In this document: piece by piece, positions 18,207-33,388 of the stretch
How positions within the stretch are numbered: the first letter of the stretch is position 1
Layout: each line of letters starts with the position of its first letter
Assembly: GCF_009914755.1 (NCBI RefSeq)
Contig: NC_060935.1
Direction: 5' to 3' (one strand)
Origin: the human T2T-CHM13v2.0 reference genome, Homo sapiens
DNA: 64,000 bases
Position numbers and translations under genes: made by a program
Notes under the pieces: generated by a model
Told to the model about the DNA's origin: nothing
Seen by the model: only the letters and a program-made list of their open reading frames with translations
Databases searched by the model: none

Positions 18207-18700
18207 TGTAGTTAGTTAAGACTCATTAATGGCAAGGCATAATGTCCTAAATCAAACCAGCTTGAGAAAAATGAGGTATTTACTTACAGAATTGTCTCTT
18301 GGAACTCAATGAAGTGGAACCAGCCCTCAAATGCTGGTACAGCTCCCCATATCCTGTCTCCACTTCTATCTATTTGCACACCAATTTCATTCTTTGTTCT
18401 TACTGCAGACTGATTTCTGCTCCTCAGTTCATGTGGCTGAAAACATGGCTGCTAGTAGTAACAGCTTTAGCTACCTGGAGACTAATTTCTTTCCTATTCC
18501 AGTGGCAAGCTTTCTGGGAAAGGACTCTGATATGTCAAGCTTGCTTCAAGTGCCTGGGGGAGAGGTCATATTGTACCAACATGTGGCTTCCATGGAGACG
18601 TCATGGATAGAGTTGGTTGATCAGGAGGTTGGGGATGGGTGGGGAGGTGATTGTGAGAAAGTCTGTTCCCAGAAAAAGAAGGGAGCTGGGCTGACAAATT
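18207..18700 (-). mobile_element. Possible old MLT1K/L-type LTR
   Basis: tgtagttagttaagactc...aaatcaaaccagcttgag start resembles old MaLR LTR. Confidence 0.4.
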
Positions 18701-18769
18701 ATGGGGCTCTATTACTAAGTAGACCCATTTTTATACCTAATAATAATTACAAATATAAATAAATAAGTG

Positions 18770-19050
18770 GTAACTAATATTTACAGCATTTACTCTGTTA
18801 GACCACATACACATATATGATGTTTAGCACAACATAGGGTTCTGAGAATTTAATGATTGTGTCTGTGTATATATATACACAGTGTGTATACATGTAATCA
18901 CAGTCTTTAAGGTAAGTTTAATTTTTGTCCCCATTTTATAGATGAGAAAACTAAGACTTGGAGAGAATTAAGTAACTAGTCCAAGTAAGTAGCTAAGCTT
19001 GAACTTGAACCCAATGTATTTGTTTCCAAGGGCTGTCCTTGTAACATGAC
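18770..19050 (-). mobile_element. MIR
   Basis: ccccattttatagatgagaaaactaagacttggagag core. Confidence 0.8.
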
Positions 19051-19269
19051 ACTTGAGTCCCTTCCCCTCATTCTCCAGGCTCTAGGCACCCAGTCTCACC
19101 ACCAGATTCCAGAGTGCTGACTGGGCCCCTGAAGCCCTCATTGGGTCCTGCTAAATGCTTTCTCTGGGCTGGAATTTGCCCCTGGGCCCCAAGTGTCTGA
19201 CTCTGTTGGATAAATTGAGTCCAAACCTCTGTTTTTTTAATATGTAAAAATGGATTGCTATAAGGATTA

Positions 19270-19377
19270 TGGAAGCTACATGAGGGCAGATATTTTTGTC
19301 TATCATGTTCACTGCTAATCTCCTGCACCCAAAACAGTGCTGGGCACTTGACAACTATTTGTTAAATGAATGAATGA
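19270..19377 (+). mobile_element. L2 3' end
   Basis: atgagggcag...gttcactgct...tatttgttaaatgaatgaatga. Confidence 0.8.
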
Positions 19378-19637
19378 GACAAACTGAGGCTCACAAGGAT
19401 TTTGCTTAAGGAGTAATTGGATATTCTTGCCTTTTGGCTATGATTAGGCTTTTGTGTGCGGGGTTAGGCAAGTGACAGGGGAAGACGTGGAGGGGATTTT
19501 GAAGAAGCTGTGTATATGGGGAGGCAGAGAGAGAAATAGGGAGAGAGAGAAAGAGAGAGAGAGGAAACTGTCACAGGGAAGTTAGAGAGAATGGAAAGGG
19601 AGAGAAGGGAGAAGACAATGGAGGTGTTAAACTAAGT

Positions 19638-19885
19638 ATTTTTTTCAAATTTATCTATGTATTTAATTGACAAATAAAATTGTATGTATTTATTGTGTAC
19701 AACATGATTTTTGAAATTTGTATACATTGTGGAGTGGCTAAATTGAGTTAATTAACATATGCGTTACCTCATGTACTTTTTTTTTGTGGTGGGAACACTT
19801 GAAATCTACTCTCTTAGCAATATTCAAGAATGCAAGACATTGTTATTAACTATAGTCACCGTGTTGTACAATAGATCTCTTGAAG
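19638..19885 (-). mobile_element. L1MA-type 3' end
   Basis: aattgacaaataaaattgtat...aaatctactctcttagcaat...caatagatctcttgaa. Confidence 0.85.
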
Positions 19886-21275
19886 ATTAATATTTACCTG
19901 TGGTCTGCAATATAAATGTCCCTTCTATGTCCCCATGGAGTTAGTGGTAGAATCTGCATTATTCACTATTGCTTTAAAGGTATCTTTGTGAAGTGCTGGC
20001 CTTAAGGCAGGTCCAGAGTAAGGCCATGGGGCTGAGCATACTTGGGGTATAATTAAATGAGATAAGGTAAGTTAAATCTCCACCCAGCACCTGGCCCACG
20101 GAAGCTAATCAGTAAATATTTCCTTGGGAGCCCATGACCTTGGCTGACCTCGTGTGTGTCCCTTCCCACAGCACGGGGCTCTTTGCATGCCGGGAAGTCT
20201 CAGAATGTCTGCCTCCTTGCTAAGCCGATTTTGCAAGGAGTCTTCTTGATGGTATCACCAAGCTCTGAGATATGGAGACTTTGTGCCACTTCACTCTAGG
20301 CAGAGTTCCTTCATGCTGTGTGAGGTAGGAGCACACACGCTCACCAAAGAAAACACCCTTTAGCCTGGTTGGGAGACTCCCGGGTTAGGCGCTGATGTAA
20401 TTTGTTTTCACAAAAACTGTAGCAGCCTTCTGAGTTAAGCATTTGCTCAGCTGGTCTTTGCCAGACGACAGATGCTTTGTGTCATTGCCTGTTGACAGTG
20501 GCCTTAGTCACACATTGTACCTCAAAGGCTGAAACATCCCAGGGTAAAATGATTATGAGGAAGGCGAGCTGCTCCAGAGATCTGGAGGGATCACGTTGGG
20601 TACCCAGCCGGGCTGGCCCCAGGGATTCTACTCCAGGTGTAAGAGAATTGGTTAAACAAAGGAAATGACAATCAGTTCAGGCCCTTACTGTGATTGGGCA
20701 AGAATGTTCTCAGAGCTGCCATAGATATTTTAATCAGGATGTCCTTTTCACTTGAATGAGAGGAATGCAGGTTCTATATTTACTTGTTTGTCCCTTCTAT
20801 CAGATTGTGAGGCCCAAGGGGGCAGGCGCCTCTAACTGATTCATCAGCCTGTGCCTGCTGCGTAGCACAAAGCCAAGCACAAAGCCGGGCACAAAGGACT
20901 CACTTGGCGAAAGTTTGTGGGATGGAAGAATGAATGCGGTGTCTTCCTCGGAGTCCCCTCTTTTCAGGCTCCGCTTTATACCCTTTCTCTGGCGCAGGTC
21001 CCTGCTCACTGCAGGTGTCTCCTAAGAGCTTATGTCCCTATGTTTCCTTCTCATCCTGGAAACGGAAGTTTATTTTGAAGCCTGCTCTATTGTTCGTCCG
21101 GCTTGTAATCCCAAACTGAATGGGACTGATTTGTTGTATGCTTGGCTGGTCTTCACAACGCATGTTTTTGTGATATGTAACATTTCCTTTTAGATCAAGT
21201 GTGGCCTGGTATAGTTGCAAGGGCCAGAGCGTCCAGGGCAGCTGGTGTTCTGAATTTCAGCCTTCCCATTTTCTA

Positions 21276-21415
21276 TTGTTTTATTTTTTTAATTATTATT
21301 ATTATATTTTATAGAGATGGGGTCTCCCTGTGTTACCCAGGCTGATCTCTAACTCCTGGGCTCAAGTGATTCTCCCTCCTTGGCCTCCCAAAGGCATGAG
21401 CCACCATTCCCAGCC
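21276..21415 (-). mobile_element. FLAM-type Alu monomer within a MIR
   Basis: Single left arm; TSD ccattttcta. Confidence 0.8.
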
Positions 21416-21794
21416 CCATTTTCTAATTGTGTAATTCAGTAAATTGGATTTCATAGAACCTCAGCTTCCTTTGTCCATAAAGTGGATATAACAAGGTGAA
21501 CTTGGCTGAGATTAGACCCAAATATTTTTGGATCACTTGAGAAGTAAGTAGAGACTGAAAAAGAACTGTCATTTGTAATCCGTACACATTTTTGTGTTTC
21601 TAAAAAGAGGAAACGTCTCAGAAAATGCTTCTTATAGGCCGTATGCAAATATAGAGAAAAAAAATCTTACCTTGGGATGGGGGAAGGTCTGCTACTATGA
21701 CTCCAATAACTAAAATGTTTGGCAAAATTGTGTAAAATGTCAACATATTAGGCAGAGTTGATCTCTTCAAAAGGTTTTATTTGGAGCATTTTAT

Positions 21795-22666
<872 letters not shown>

Positions 22667-24129
22667 TAGACAATCATAGAAACTCAAGAGCTGAGACACT
22701 GAAGATGGCTAGACAACTGTATAACCATGATCATAGACTCATGCTAGAGGAGAGAATGAGGAAAAGAACTTAACTGGGCTTTATGGGACTCAGCATTGAC
22801 TGGGCTGTTATTATCACACACAGTGTTCTATGGTTAGAATGCTTGTTATGTTATTGTTTAGAAGTTGGAGTTTTCCACGAAATAGACACATTAATTCTCA
22901 GGCCTCCTGGAACACGATCAATCCTAAGGCAGGAAATAAAGACTAAGGACATGGAGCTTAGGTTGAAGTGTGAGGGAAATAACTGCCTCCTTGATCTGAA
23001 CCTCAAGGATTTGTAGAATGAAGTATCTTCCCACTGTGGGGAGGCAGGCTGGCCCTTCCTCCATGGCAGCAGTAGAGAGCAATGTAGAAGTCAAACCCAG
23101 AGACTGGGGAATCTGGGCAAAGGTACTGAGTTTCAAGTTTCTCTCTGTTGTAATTCTCTTTTCTCTCCAAGCCTTTGGTAATGTCTTGTTAAAAGTTTCA
23201 GCCTAGTCTGCTTTATCACAACAGGGAAATGGTGGAGGAGTCTGTACAGCCCATGCTGGGGCACAACAGTGGAGTTAGGAAAGTTGTACCCTGAAGGAAG
23301 CAGGTGTTCAGACATAGGAGTCCCCCATGTGGGGCCAGGCAGCTGGCAGAGATGAAAAGTACAGAGGAAATGGGTGGACCACGTAAGTGTTCCCCAGCGG
23401 AATTGGATAAAATCCTGATTTCACGAAGTCAAGTAGGATGAGGCTCAAGCTACAATGATGGTGCATTAAATAGAAGCATGAGTTTACAAACTGGTGAAGT
23501 CTGACATACTTGAGTTCTATTAGACACTAATGTCTACTTCATTCAGCTATAAAGGACATACTATTATAGTCAGATCTCACTAAATAAATAAATTCAATTC
23601 ATAGCTATGATCGTAGCTACATTTCCAGTATAAATTTAATTGATCGATCTTTGAGATTCCTTCGTGTTCAGAAGTTCTGTGAGTTTATGGGGTACTGGAA
23701 ATACCACTGGAGTCAGCCCCGCCCGAGTGTCCATTAGATCCCCCAACCACATCCCCCTCATTCACTGTCTTCTTTCCCCTCAACTGGCATGGAGTGTGGG
23801 GCAATACAGGAATGTTTCAGAACGTGTAGCCAGGGCATGTTGTAATTTATTAGGAGTCACTCTTAAGTGGAGAGGATCTTATTCTTCAGATAGTCATTCA
23901 CATTCTTGGAAATTATGGTTCTGAGGTCTCCTTGGTTGCAGGAGGGGAAACTCCCATTAATCTTGTGACATGCTGATGAATTGCTTGAGAATTTCTTAAA
24001 AGCAGAGGAGACATGTCAGGAGGAACATAAACAAAACCTCAATTTCAAAATAGCAAAACAACATAAATCTTCCTTGAAATTTTCACATGAGTAGATCAGG
24101 CCATGCTACAGGTCAAGGCCAAGGAGCCA

Positions 24130-25190
24130 CAAGGCAGACTGTGTTCCCCAAAGATGGCCACAGCAGCATCTCTCCTCCCACATGTTCTTCCTATGATGAC
24201 ATGTTGGCACTTGTACAACCCTCCTTGTGAGAGATGTGGTCTATATTCCATCTGCTTGAATCTGTACAGGCTTGTGAATTTGGGGGAAATTATGCTATGT
24301 AATTTCTGAGCCTAGGTCATAAAAGCTATGGTTTCTGCCTGGTTCTTGTGAGATATTTGCTCTTGGAACTTATAGTAGATATCTATTGCTATGTAACAAC
24401 CCCAAAACTTAGTAGTTTAAGACAATACACATTTATTATCCATCCCACAGTGTTTCTGAGTTAGGAACTCAACCACAGTTTAACTGTGTCTTCTGCTTCA
24501 GAATCTTTCACAAGGCTATAATCAAGATTTTGGTCAGGGCTGGGGTCTCATCTGAATGTTTGAATGGAGAAGAATCTACTTCCAAAGTCACTTACGTGGT
24601 TTATTCGTGGTTTTTGGCAGGATTCACTTCTTTAGGGATTGTTGGACTGAAGACCATTAGTTTTGTATAGCTATTGGCCAGGGTAACACTCAATTCCTTA
24701 CCATGTGAGCTTCTTCATTGTGGCAGTTTCCTTCATCAAAGCCAGAGAAAGAGAGAGATTATCTTGTGACCTAATCATAGCAGAAATATTCCTTCAATGT
24801 TGCCATATTCTATGAGTTAGAAGCAATTTAATCAAGGGGATGAGATTACACAAGGCTGTGAATACCAGCAGGTGGAACTCATTGGGGACCATTTTAGAGG
24901 CTTCTTACCACAGAATTTAACCAGCAAACTATGAAGAAGCCCAGATGAGGAGGTCATATGCAGACTTTCTGACCTCAAGCACCAAGACACATGAGTGAAA
25001 GAGCCTTCAGATAATTCCAGCTCCCAGCTATTCAGTAATCCTCAGCCTTGAGACTTTCCAGCTGAGGTTCTAGATGTTGTAGAGCAAATACAAGCTGTCC
25101 TTGTCATGTCCTTCCCAAACTCCTGACCCATATAATCCTTGAGAATAATAAACTGGTTGTTGTTTTACACCATTAGGTAGCAAGTGGAAC
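24130..25190 (+). mobile_element. MLT1H-like LTR split by a second MLT1
   Basis: ccaaagatggccac...ctaggtcataaaa; resumes at 24913. Confidence 0.65.
24371..24912 (-). mobile_element. MLT1F-like solo LTR
   Basis: tatctattgctatgtaacaaccccaaaacttagt...ggaccattttagaggcttcttaccaca; TSD gaact/gaatt. Confidence 0.75.
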
Positions 25191-27829
25191 AAGCCACATA
25201 TCTTGAAGTTTCATTGTTCAGCTAGTCACCTGATTTGACCATATGAAATGACCATTGCATTTTTGCTCATGCCAATTTTTGCAACTGAATTGATATCACA
25301 GTTCAGCTAAAATTTTGCGAGCTGAAAATACCTTAAGAGTCCACACAGGTCTGAAAAACCTCGAAACTTTCTGGTTACCATAGGTACCTTTTTGTCTTAT
25401 CTAATAAAAGCAGCACCCCATTTTGGGTATCTTGCCTGTAGCAGCAGTTTGTAAAATTCTTTCAAAGGGCACAAGACAAATCAAGTTTTCCCAGGCTCAG
25501 TTCTGGGATTCAGCTGAGCTTTTATGGTCAAGGGCATACTCCTAAATCAGACAGGATGCTCTAAACATTCTCATTAGTCCATTTTGAATAGGACTATCAT
25601 AGTGCTTGGTCTGGCATGAACTATCCATCAGAATAACTCTGCATACTTTTTGTTTACACATGTGTATTGAGTAATTTTTTGAATTACCTTAATAAACATC
25701 TGGCACTAGAATTCTTGATGGGAAGGAAGTGTTTTTGCTTGAAAAAAAAAGAGTTTAATAATGAAGCAAACGAGGTATAATTCCTCCTTCCCCCACTAGA
25801 GCCTCTCTGCATGAGATAAGGAAAGGAATTTATGTCTGACTTTGGAGAGATTGGATGGAGAAGAAAGAACAGAGGAAAGAGAAGACAGAAGGAAGACAGA
25901 AGAACCAGAGGAGCATGTGAGGATGGGTGCAGTGAGGTGAGGGTGGGTGTAGTGTTGAAGCCAATAGAGAAAACCATCTTAAGTGGGTGGCTGACAAGGA
26001 CTGCAGGGAGCAAGAATGTGCAATGATGAATGAGACTTTTAGGTTGTCCAGGGTACAGTGAATGAGCAGACTCACTTTCTGTGAAACCCCTCCCAACATT
26101 TTCAGCAAAGTCTATTAAATTCATATATGGTATATTAAGATTTTTTTCTGTGAAAGAGCTAAATTTATGCTTTGATTGATGTAGCACAGAGCAAAGACTA
26201 CTCAAAGAACATTATCCCTGAGAGACTAGGACAGGAGAATGTATGTGTCCTGGGTATTTACAGAAATTTCGGAGAAAGCTGTAGACTTCCATAGGCCATG
26301 GGGATGTGTATTTTAAGTCAATTGTTACCCAAGACTTATGAAGCAGAGAGGTCTCAACTGACATGTGGGCTACTTGAACATCTCTGTGTCAGGTCCAGCC
26401 TGGTTCCTCACCCCCATATCCTTCCTCAATTTTCTACCCTGTCTCTTCTCACCTATGAGCCCAGCCCTACTCCAGGTTCCTGGTACATTCTTGAGATGTA
26501 AGAAGCATCTTAAGATGACTAGATCCAGACTGATGGTCTAGGGCTCCACATAAAATCAGTCCTGCTGCTCAGGACTTTCCTGATTCATGCCCCTCTTTTG
26601 AAAAGTAGAACTAATTTTATTCTCAAACACTGGGGTCTTCTCTCCTCCTCCATCCTGTGGGTCTCAGGCCTTGTAATTGGGCTTCTGCTTTGGAATATTT
26701 TCTAAATTTCTAGGCATAAACTAGGAGGAAAGCAGTTTACCCTAGAATGGGGCTAAGTCTGCCTATGGAGGGGACTAGATTGCAAAAACCTTGAGTTCTA
26801 GGCCTAATATGATACAAACTTGCTATTTGACTGTCACAAAGTCATATTTATTCTGTAGACCTTGGGGTCCTCACCTTTAGAACACTGTACTTATTATTAA
26901 TAACTTAGCAGGCTTGGACATAAGTTGTATAGGGTTCTCAGCACCATGGACTATTCCCACAAGTCAACTGGTCTGCTGCTTGAGAGCAGCAGCTAAAACT
27001 GGAGGGAGTTTGTCCACTTCAAACACACAGACTCAACCAGTGGAGCAGGGTCAGCCCCGACGTGAAAGGATGCTGGCCAGGGAAGGCAGGGACTCAGAAC
27101 CACAACCAGAACCCAAGCCAAGAGGACCTGGGTTCAGGACAAGTCTCAGTTTTCGGGGTGGGGGGGCACTGAAAAGACAGACTGAGGGAAACTGAGGCTG
27201 AAAGTCAAGGATATGGACTGAATCAATATAGCTGTTAGGATGTGGCTAGGAGACCCTGGGGTTACTTCTAGCTTACCAGTTCTGGAGACAGAAGTATCAA
27301 GATGATATCGGGGCAACTGGATCAGCTGGTGCAGTTGAGGTTGCTTAGGCTCTCCCTTTCCTGCTCGGGCCTGCCCTACCATGGTACCAAGCCTGTCTAT
27401 GGAATGGGCTAGATTGCTAATACCAGATCTGTCCAGGCAAGAGATTCCAGGGTTCCACGAACAATCTCAGACATGTTGGAAGGGGTGCAGGAACTCTGGC
27501 GAGGACAAGCTCCAATACCTTTCATAGTCCTCAGAGAGGATAGGCCAGGGCACATCTGGATTGGGTCTCTTTAAATTCTGTGTATTAGATTCACTTCTGG
27601 GATTCATTGCAGTGTGGCAGAGAGAAATCATAGTGCCTGATACATAGTAGGCTCCTAATAAAGGTTGGTTAAATGAATGATGAAAATTGAATAAAATAAA
27701 TAGGAAAGGCTGATGGCTGGAGAAAAGATAGATTGGCAGTGATCCTGGGCTAATGGGCTCAGGGAAACAGGCCTGTTTTCCTCATGTGATCCTTACCACC
27801 AACAAATGAGCTTCAACCTTTCCCCTATA

Positions 27830-28200
27830 ATAAGAGAAATAATTCTCAAAACACATTTTCAGATTATAGATTGCCAGAACCAGGGAGATGTTTCTACTCT
27901 TGACCCAATAATCCTACTCTTGGGATTTTATCATAAGAAAATAATTCAGCAACAACAAAAAGCCAAGTGCATAAAGATATTTATGACAGCATCATCTGAG
28001 GCAGCAGAAAAATGGAAACAGCTCACAAATCCACCAATAAGGGACAGGCTGAGTAAATTTTGGTATGGAATATTCTGTAACCATAAAAACGATCACTGTG
28101 AAGATTAGGTACCAAATGCAGAAAACACAGAATAAATAATTTAGACAAAAGAAGTATACCAAATGCTATATATGTTATTAGTGCAAATGTGTTGAGTGTT
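27830..28200 (+). mobile_element. Ancient L1ME-like 3' fragment
   Basis: tgacccaataatcctactcttggg...aaaatggaaacagctcacaaatcca degenerate ORF2 end. Confidence 0.6.
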
Positions 28201-28281
28201 TCTTCGTCTCAAGCAATTAATTTTTCTGAGTTCCTATCACTGTAGTTAAATCCCAAAAATAATATAAGATTTACTTCAAAT

Positions 28282-28345
28282 CTGCACTCCAGCCTGGGTG
28301 ACAGAGCAAGACTCCATCTCAAAAAAAAAAAAAAAAAAAAAAAAA
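28282..28345 (+). mobile_element. Severely 5'-truncated Alu 3' end with A25 tail
   Basis: ctgcactccagcctgggtgacagagcaagactccatctc followed by polyA. Confidence 0.85.
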
Positions 28346-29051
28346 GAAATCATGGAACTAGCAGAAAATAACTTTAAAACAGTTATTATAAATATGCTCA
28401 AGTATTTAATAGTAATATGAACATAATAAGGAAGGAAATGATAGATATTAAAAAGAATGAAATGGAAATTCCAGAGCTGACAAATGGAATACATAAAATG
28501 AAAAATTCACTCATGGGCCTAATAATGCATTGGACACTGCAGAAAAGATCAGTGAACTTGAAAACAGAGCAATAGACTATCCCAACTAAAATGCAGAGCA
28601 GGGGAAAAGACTGAAAAAGATGTTCAGAGCCTCTGTAACTTATTGGACAATATAACAAGAGGTATAACAGATGTGTAACTGGAGTCCTAAAAGGAAGGGG
28701 AAGATGGAATAATGGCAGAAAAAGTTCTCATATTTGATAAAATCTATAAATCCACAGACCTAAGAAGTTCAATAAACCCCAAGCAAGATAAATACAAAGT
28801 AAGTCATACCAAGGTAAAACATAATCAAATTGCTGAAAGCCAATGACAAAGAGAAAAATCTGAAACTCAGCCAGAGAAAAAGAGATACCTTACTTATAGG
28901 GACACACAGATAAAAATGAATGCAAAAATAAGCCCTTGTTTCTAGCAACACCTTCAAAGTACATATTAAAACAAAAAAATCTGCCAACCTAGAGTTCTCT
29001 GCCCAGGAAAAATATCCTTTAAAAATGAAGGTAAAATAAAGACTTTTTTAG

Positions 29052-29282
29052 ACAGATAGAAGCTGAGAATTTGTGACTATCACCTGGACTACAAAAATGT
29101 TAAAGGAAATCTTTTTTTTTTTTTCCAGATATGCTCTTGCTTATTTTTGTAAAAACATTTTGTAGAGACAGAGTCTCTCTATGTTGCCCAGTCTGGTCTT
29201 GAACTCTTGGCTTCCAGTGATCCTCCCACCTTGGCACCCCCCAAAGCTCTGGGATTACAGGCATGAGCCATCACACCTGGCT
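29052..29282 (-). mobile_element. Internally deleted AluJ/FLAM-like element
   Basis: T tail, left arm present, most of right arm missing. Confidence 0.7.
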
Positions 29283-29745
29283 ATGAAATTCTTGAGACTA
29301 AAGAAATATGATACTACGTGGGAACTTGGAGCTACATAAAGGAAAGCAGAGTGGAGGAAATGATAAATGTATTTATGGAATTTTTAAAAATTTAAACATT
29401 TTATTAAAAGATAATTCACTATTTAAAGATAACAACTTTTCATGATGCTTATAACATTATGACCACAATAGCACAAAAGATGGAAGGGTAAATAGAAGCA
29501 TGTTGTTGTAAGATCTTATACATGAAGTGGTGTAATATTGTCTGAATGTAGGCTGTGGTAGGGTAAATATGCATATGCAAAACAAGAAGCAACAGAACAA
29601 AACATGTCCAAATAAGTGCAGTAAAAAACCTCAAATAACAGGAGGTAAAATGGAATACTGAAAAAGCAATCAAATAATTCAAAAGAAGTCAGGAAAAAGA
29701 AAAAAAGGAACAATGAAGAACAACAACAAAAAAAGAAAAAATGGA

Positions 29746-30216
29746 GGCTGGGCACCAGTGGCTCACACCTGTAATCCCAGCACTATGGGAGGCTGAGGTG
29801 GGTGGATCACCTGAAGTCAGGAGTTCAAGACCAGTCTGGCCAACATGGTGAAACCCCATCTCAAAAAAAAAAAAAAGAAAAGAAAAAAGGCCAGATGTGG
29901 GGGCTCACGCCTGTAATCCCAGCACTTTGGGAGGCTGAGGTGGGCAGATCATGAGGTCAGGAGTTCAAGACCAGCCTGACCAATATGGCAAAACCCCGTC
30001 TTTACTAAAAATGCAAAAAAAATTTAGCCAGGCGTGGTGACGTATGCCTGTAGTCCCAGCTACTCAGGAGGCAGAGGTAGAAGAATCACTTGAACCTTGG
30101 AGGTGGAGGTTGCAGTGAGCCAAGATCACGCCACTGCACTCCAGCGTGGGTAACAGAGTGAGACTCCGTCTCAAAAAAATAAAATAAGGAAAAAAAAAAG
30201 CAAAACAAACAAAAAA
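29746..30216 (+). mobile_element. Alu left arm plus polyA (29746-29888) followed by full AluS (29889-30216)
   Basis: Two tandem Alu heads; outer TSD aaaaagaaaaaatg flanks both. Confidence 0.88.
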
Positions 30217-30400
30217 AAAAAGAAAAAATGAGACACGTAGAAAACAAACAGCAAGACGATAAACATAATCTAACCATATAGATAATTACATTAAATAAAT
30301 GGTCCAGATAGTCTGGTAAAAACAGAGATTAACTTTGTGCTATCTATGGAAGCCCACTTTAAATATAGAGGCACAGACGGTTTAAAATTAAAAGGACAGT

Positions 30401-30705
30401 AGCTGGGCATGGTGATTCACACCTGTATTCCTAGCACTTTGGGAGGCTGAAGTGAGAAGATCACTTGAGCCCAGGAGTTTGAGACCAGCCTGGGCAACAT
30501 GGCAAAACCACATATCTACAAAAAATACAAAAAATTAGCTGGACATGGTGGCACACACCTGTAGTCCCAGAGAGTGAGGAGGCTGAGGTGGGAGGATCAC
30601 CTGAGCCTAGGAGGTTGAGGCTTCAGTGAGCAATGATCACACCACTGCACTCCAGCCTGGGTGACAGAGTGAGACCCTGTCTCATTTATTTATAATTAAA
30701 AAAAA
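30401..30705 (+). mobile_element. AluJ
   Basis: Full dimer; TSD aaaaggacag/aaaaggatag. Confidence 0.88.
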
Positions 30706-31359
30706 GGATAGAAAAAGATAAGACATCACAAACACTTATCAAAAAAGTGCAGTGGCTATATTAATATTAAACAAAGTAGACTTCAGGGCAAGAAATATTA
30801 CCAAGGATAATGAGGGACATTTTCTAATGATGAAAAGATCAATTAATCAGAAGATTTTAAGTATATATATATATACCCAGTAACAGCGCTTCCAAATATA
30901 TGAATTGCAATTAGACAAAAATAAAGAAAAAAGAAAAAAATGAATAAAAAGTAACAAAAATGAAAGGAGAAATGGAAATATTCACAATTATGGTTGGAGA
31001 TATGAACACTGCGTTCTTAGTAATTGGTAAAACAGACAGATAATCAGTAAGAATAAAGAAGGCTAGAACATTATCTACCCACTGATCTAATTGATAGGTA
31101 GAGTGTTAACACCCAGTGACAACAGAACACACATTCTTTTCAAGTGCATGTGGAACATTGAACAAGATAAAACACATTCTGGGCCATAAAACAAATCTCA
31201 ATAAAATGAAAAGAACTGAAATTACACTGAGTAGGTTCTCTGTTTAAAAATAAAATTAAATTAGAAATCAACAACAAAAACATAACTGGAAAATTCACAA
31301 ATATTTGGAAATGAAATGACATTGTTCTAAACAACTCATAGGTCAAAGAAGGGAAATTA

Positions 31360-31749
<390 letters not shown>

Positions 31750-33388
31750 AGAATTGGTTGTATGAAGCTAAAGCAGTACTTCCAAATAAATTTTAGCATT
31801 AAATGTTTTTATTAGAGAAAAAAAGGTCTAAAAAAAAATCAATGATCTAATCTTCCACCTTAAAACAAAAACTAGAAAAAAAGCAATTGAACACAAAATA
31901 AGTAGATGTAGAAACAATTAAGAATGTAAGGAAATGAGAGTGAAAATAAATGAAATAGAACACAGAAAAATAATAGAGAAAGTAAATAAAACCAAAAGCT
32001 GTTCTTTGAAAAAAAAAAAAAAAAAAAAGGCAATAATAAACCTCTCACCAGGCTAACAGAGAAAGAGAGAGAAGAGAAGAGAGAGAAATTGCCAGCATTA
32101 CGAATGAAAGAATGAAAGAGGGGACATTATTATAGATCCTATAGATATTTAAAAAACAAAGGAATATTATGAACAACTTTATGTTTAACGGGTGAATTCT
32201 AGTATACATTAGAATGGAATAATACCAATTCTATACAAACTCACTTAAAAAATAGAGGAGAAACATCGCCCAACTTGTTTTAGGAGATTAGCATTATCTT
32301 GGTACCACAAACAAAACTGAAGACCAACATGTCTCATGAATAGAGGTAACAGATTAAAACCAATGGTAATACTTTGGCAAATTAAAACCAATAATATTTG
32401 AAAAAGAAAATATATCATGACCTAGTGGGGTTTATCCCAGGAATGGAAGGTAGACTTAACATTTGAAACAGAAAATCATCAACATCTAAAGATCAGTTAA
32501 CTACTTACATATATTTCACCTAGTTTTTATATAGTTCTATTTTGTACATTTAAAATTTTAAATAATCTGAAATTAATTTTGGTATATGGGGCTAGGGTAA
32601 GAATATAAATTATTGCCAAAGTGTTATTTTTTACAATATCATTTGGTGAGTGAATAACTTGATATTTCTCCATTAATTTCTCATGTTTCCTTTGTCTTTT
32701 AAGTAACTAATTTACATGTTGTGTCAGTACTTCTGCCAGTATTATAGTTGTATAGTGTTTAATAATAGTAGTTTTAAAATATATTTTTTATCTGGCAAAG
32801 CAAAGGATGTCCCATACTTTTGTGAACATTTTCCCCAGTTCTTTCTTAAAATTAAATATATTTAATAACAGGTAATATATATACTTAGTTTTAAACTCAA
32901 ATTATAGAATACGGTATACATATTTAATAAATGTTACTAGTTTCTTGTATATCCATCCATAGATATTTTATACATAAACTAGTAAATATGATTTTTCCTG
33001 TTTTTAAAATGTATATATACAAATGGTAGCAAACTATGCATGGTCTTATGTATGTTGCTTTTTCACTTAACTTTATATCTTAGAGCTCATTCCATTTTAA
33101 TATATAAAAAGCTTCCTCGTTCTTTTTTACAACTGCATAGTATACCAATGAATGAATACCGCAATTTATTGAACAGTTTTCTGTTGATGTTTATTTAGGT
33201 CATTTCCATTTTCTTACGTCATAACAATAAATAAAAAATAATTTTGTACATATATTTTTAACATAGATACAGGAATATCTGTCAGATTAATTCCTAAACA
33301 GGAACTGCTAGTCTAAAAGGCAAGTGCATTTATAATTTTTAAATATTGCCAAATTGCTCTCCATAGAGGCTGTACCAATATATAATAC

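Noticed and set aside
25684-26205. 173-aa minus-strand ORF
   Set aside because: Pyrimidine-biased composition, no recognisable domain and no splice support
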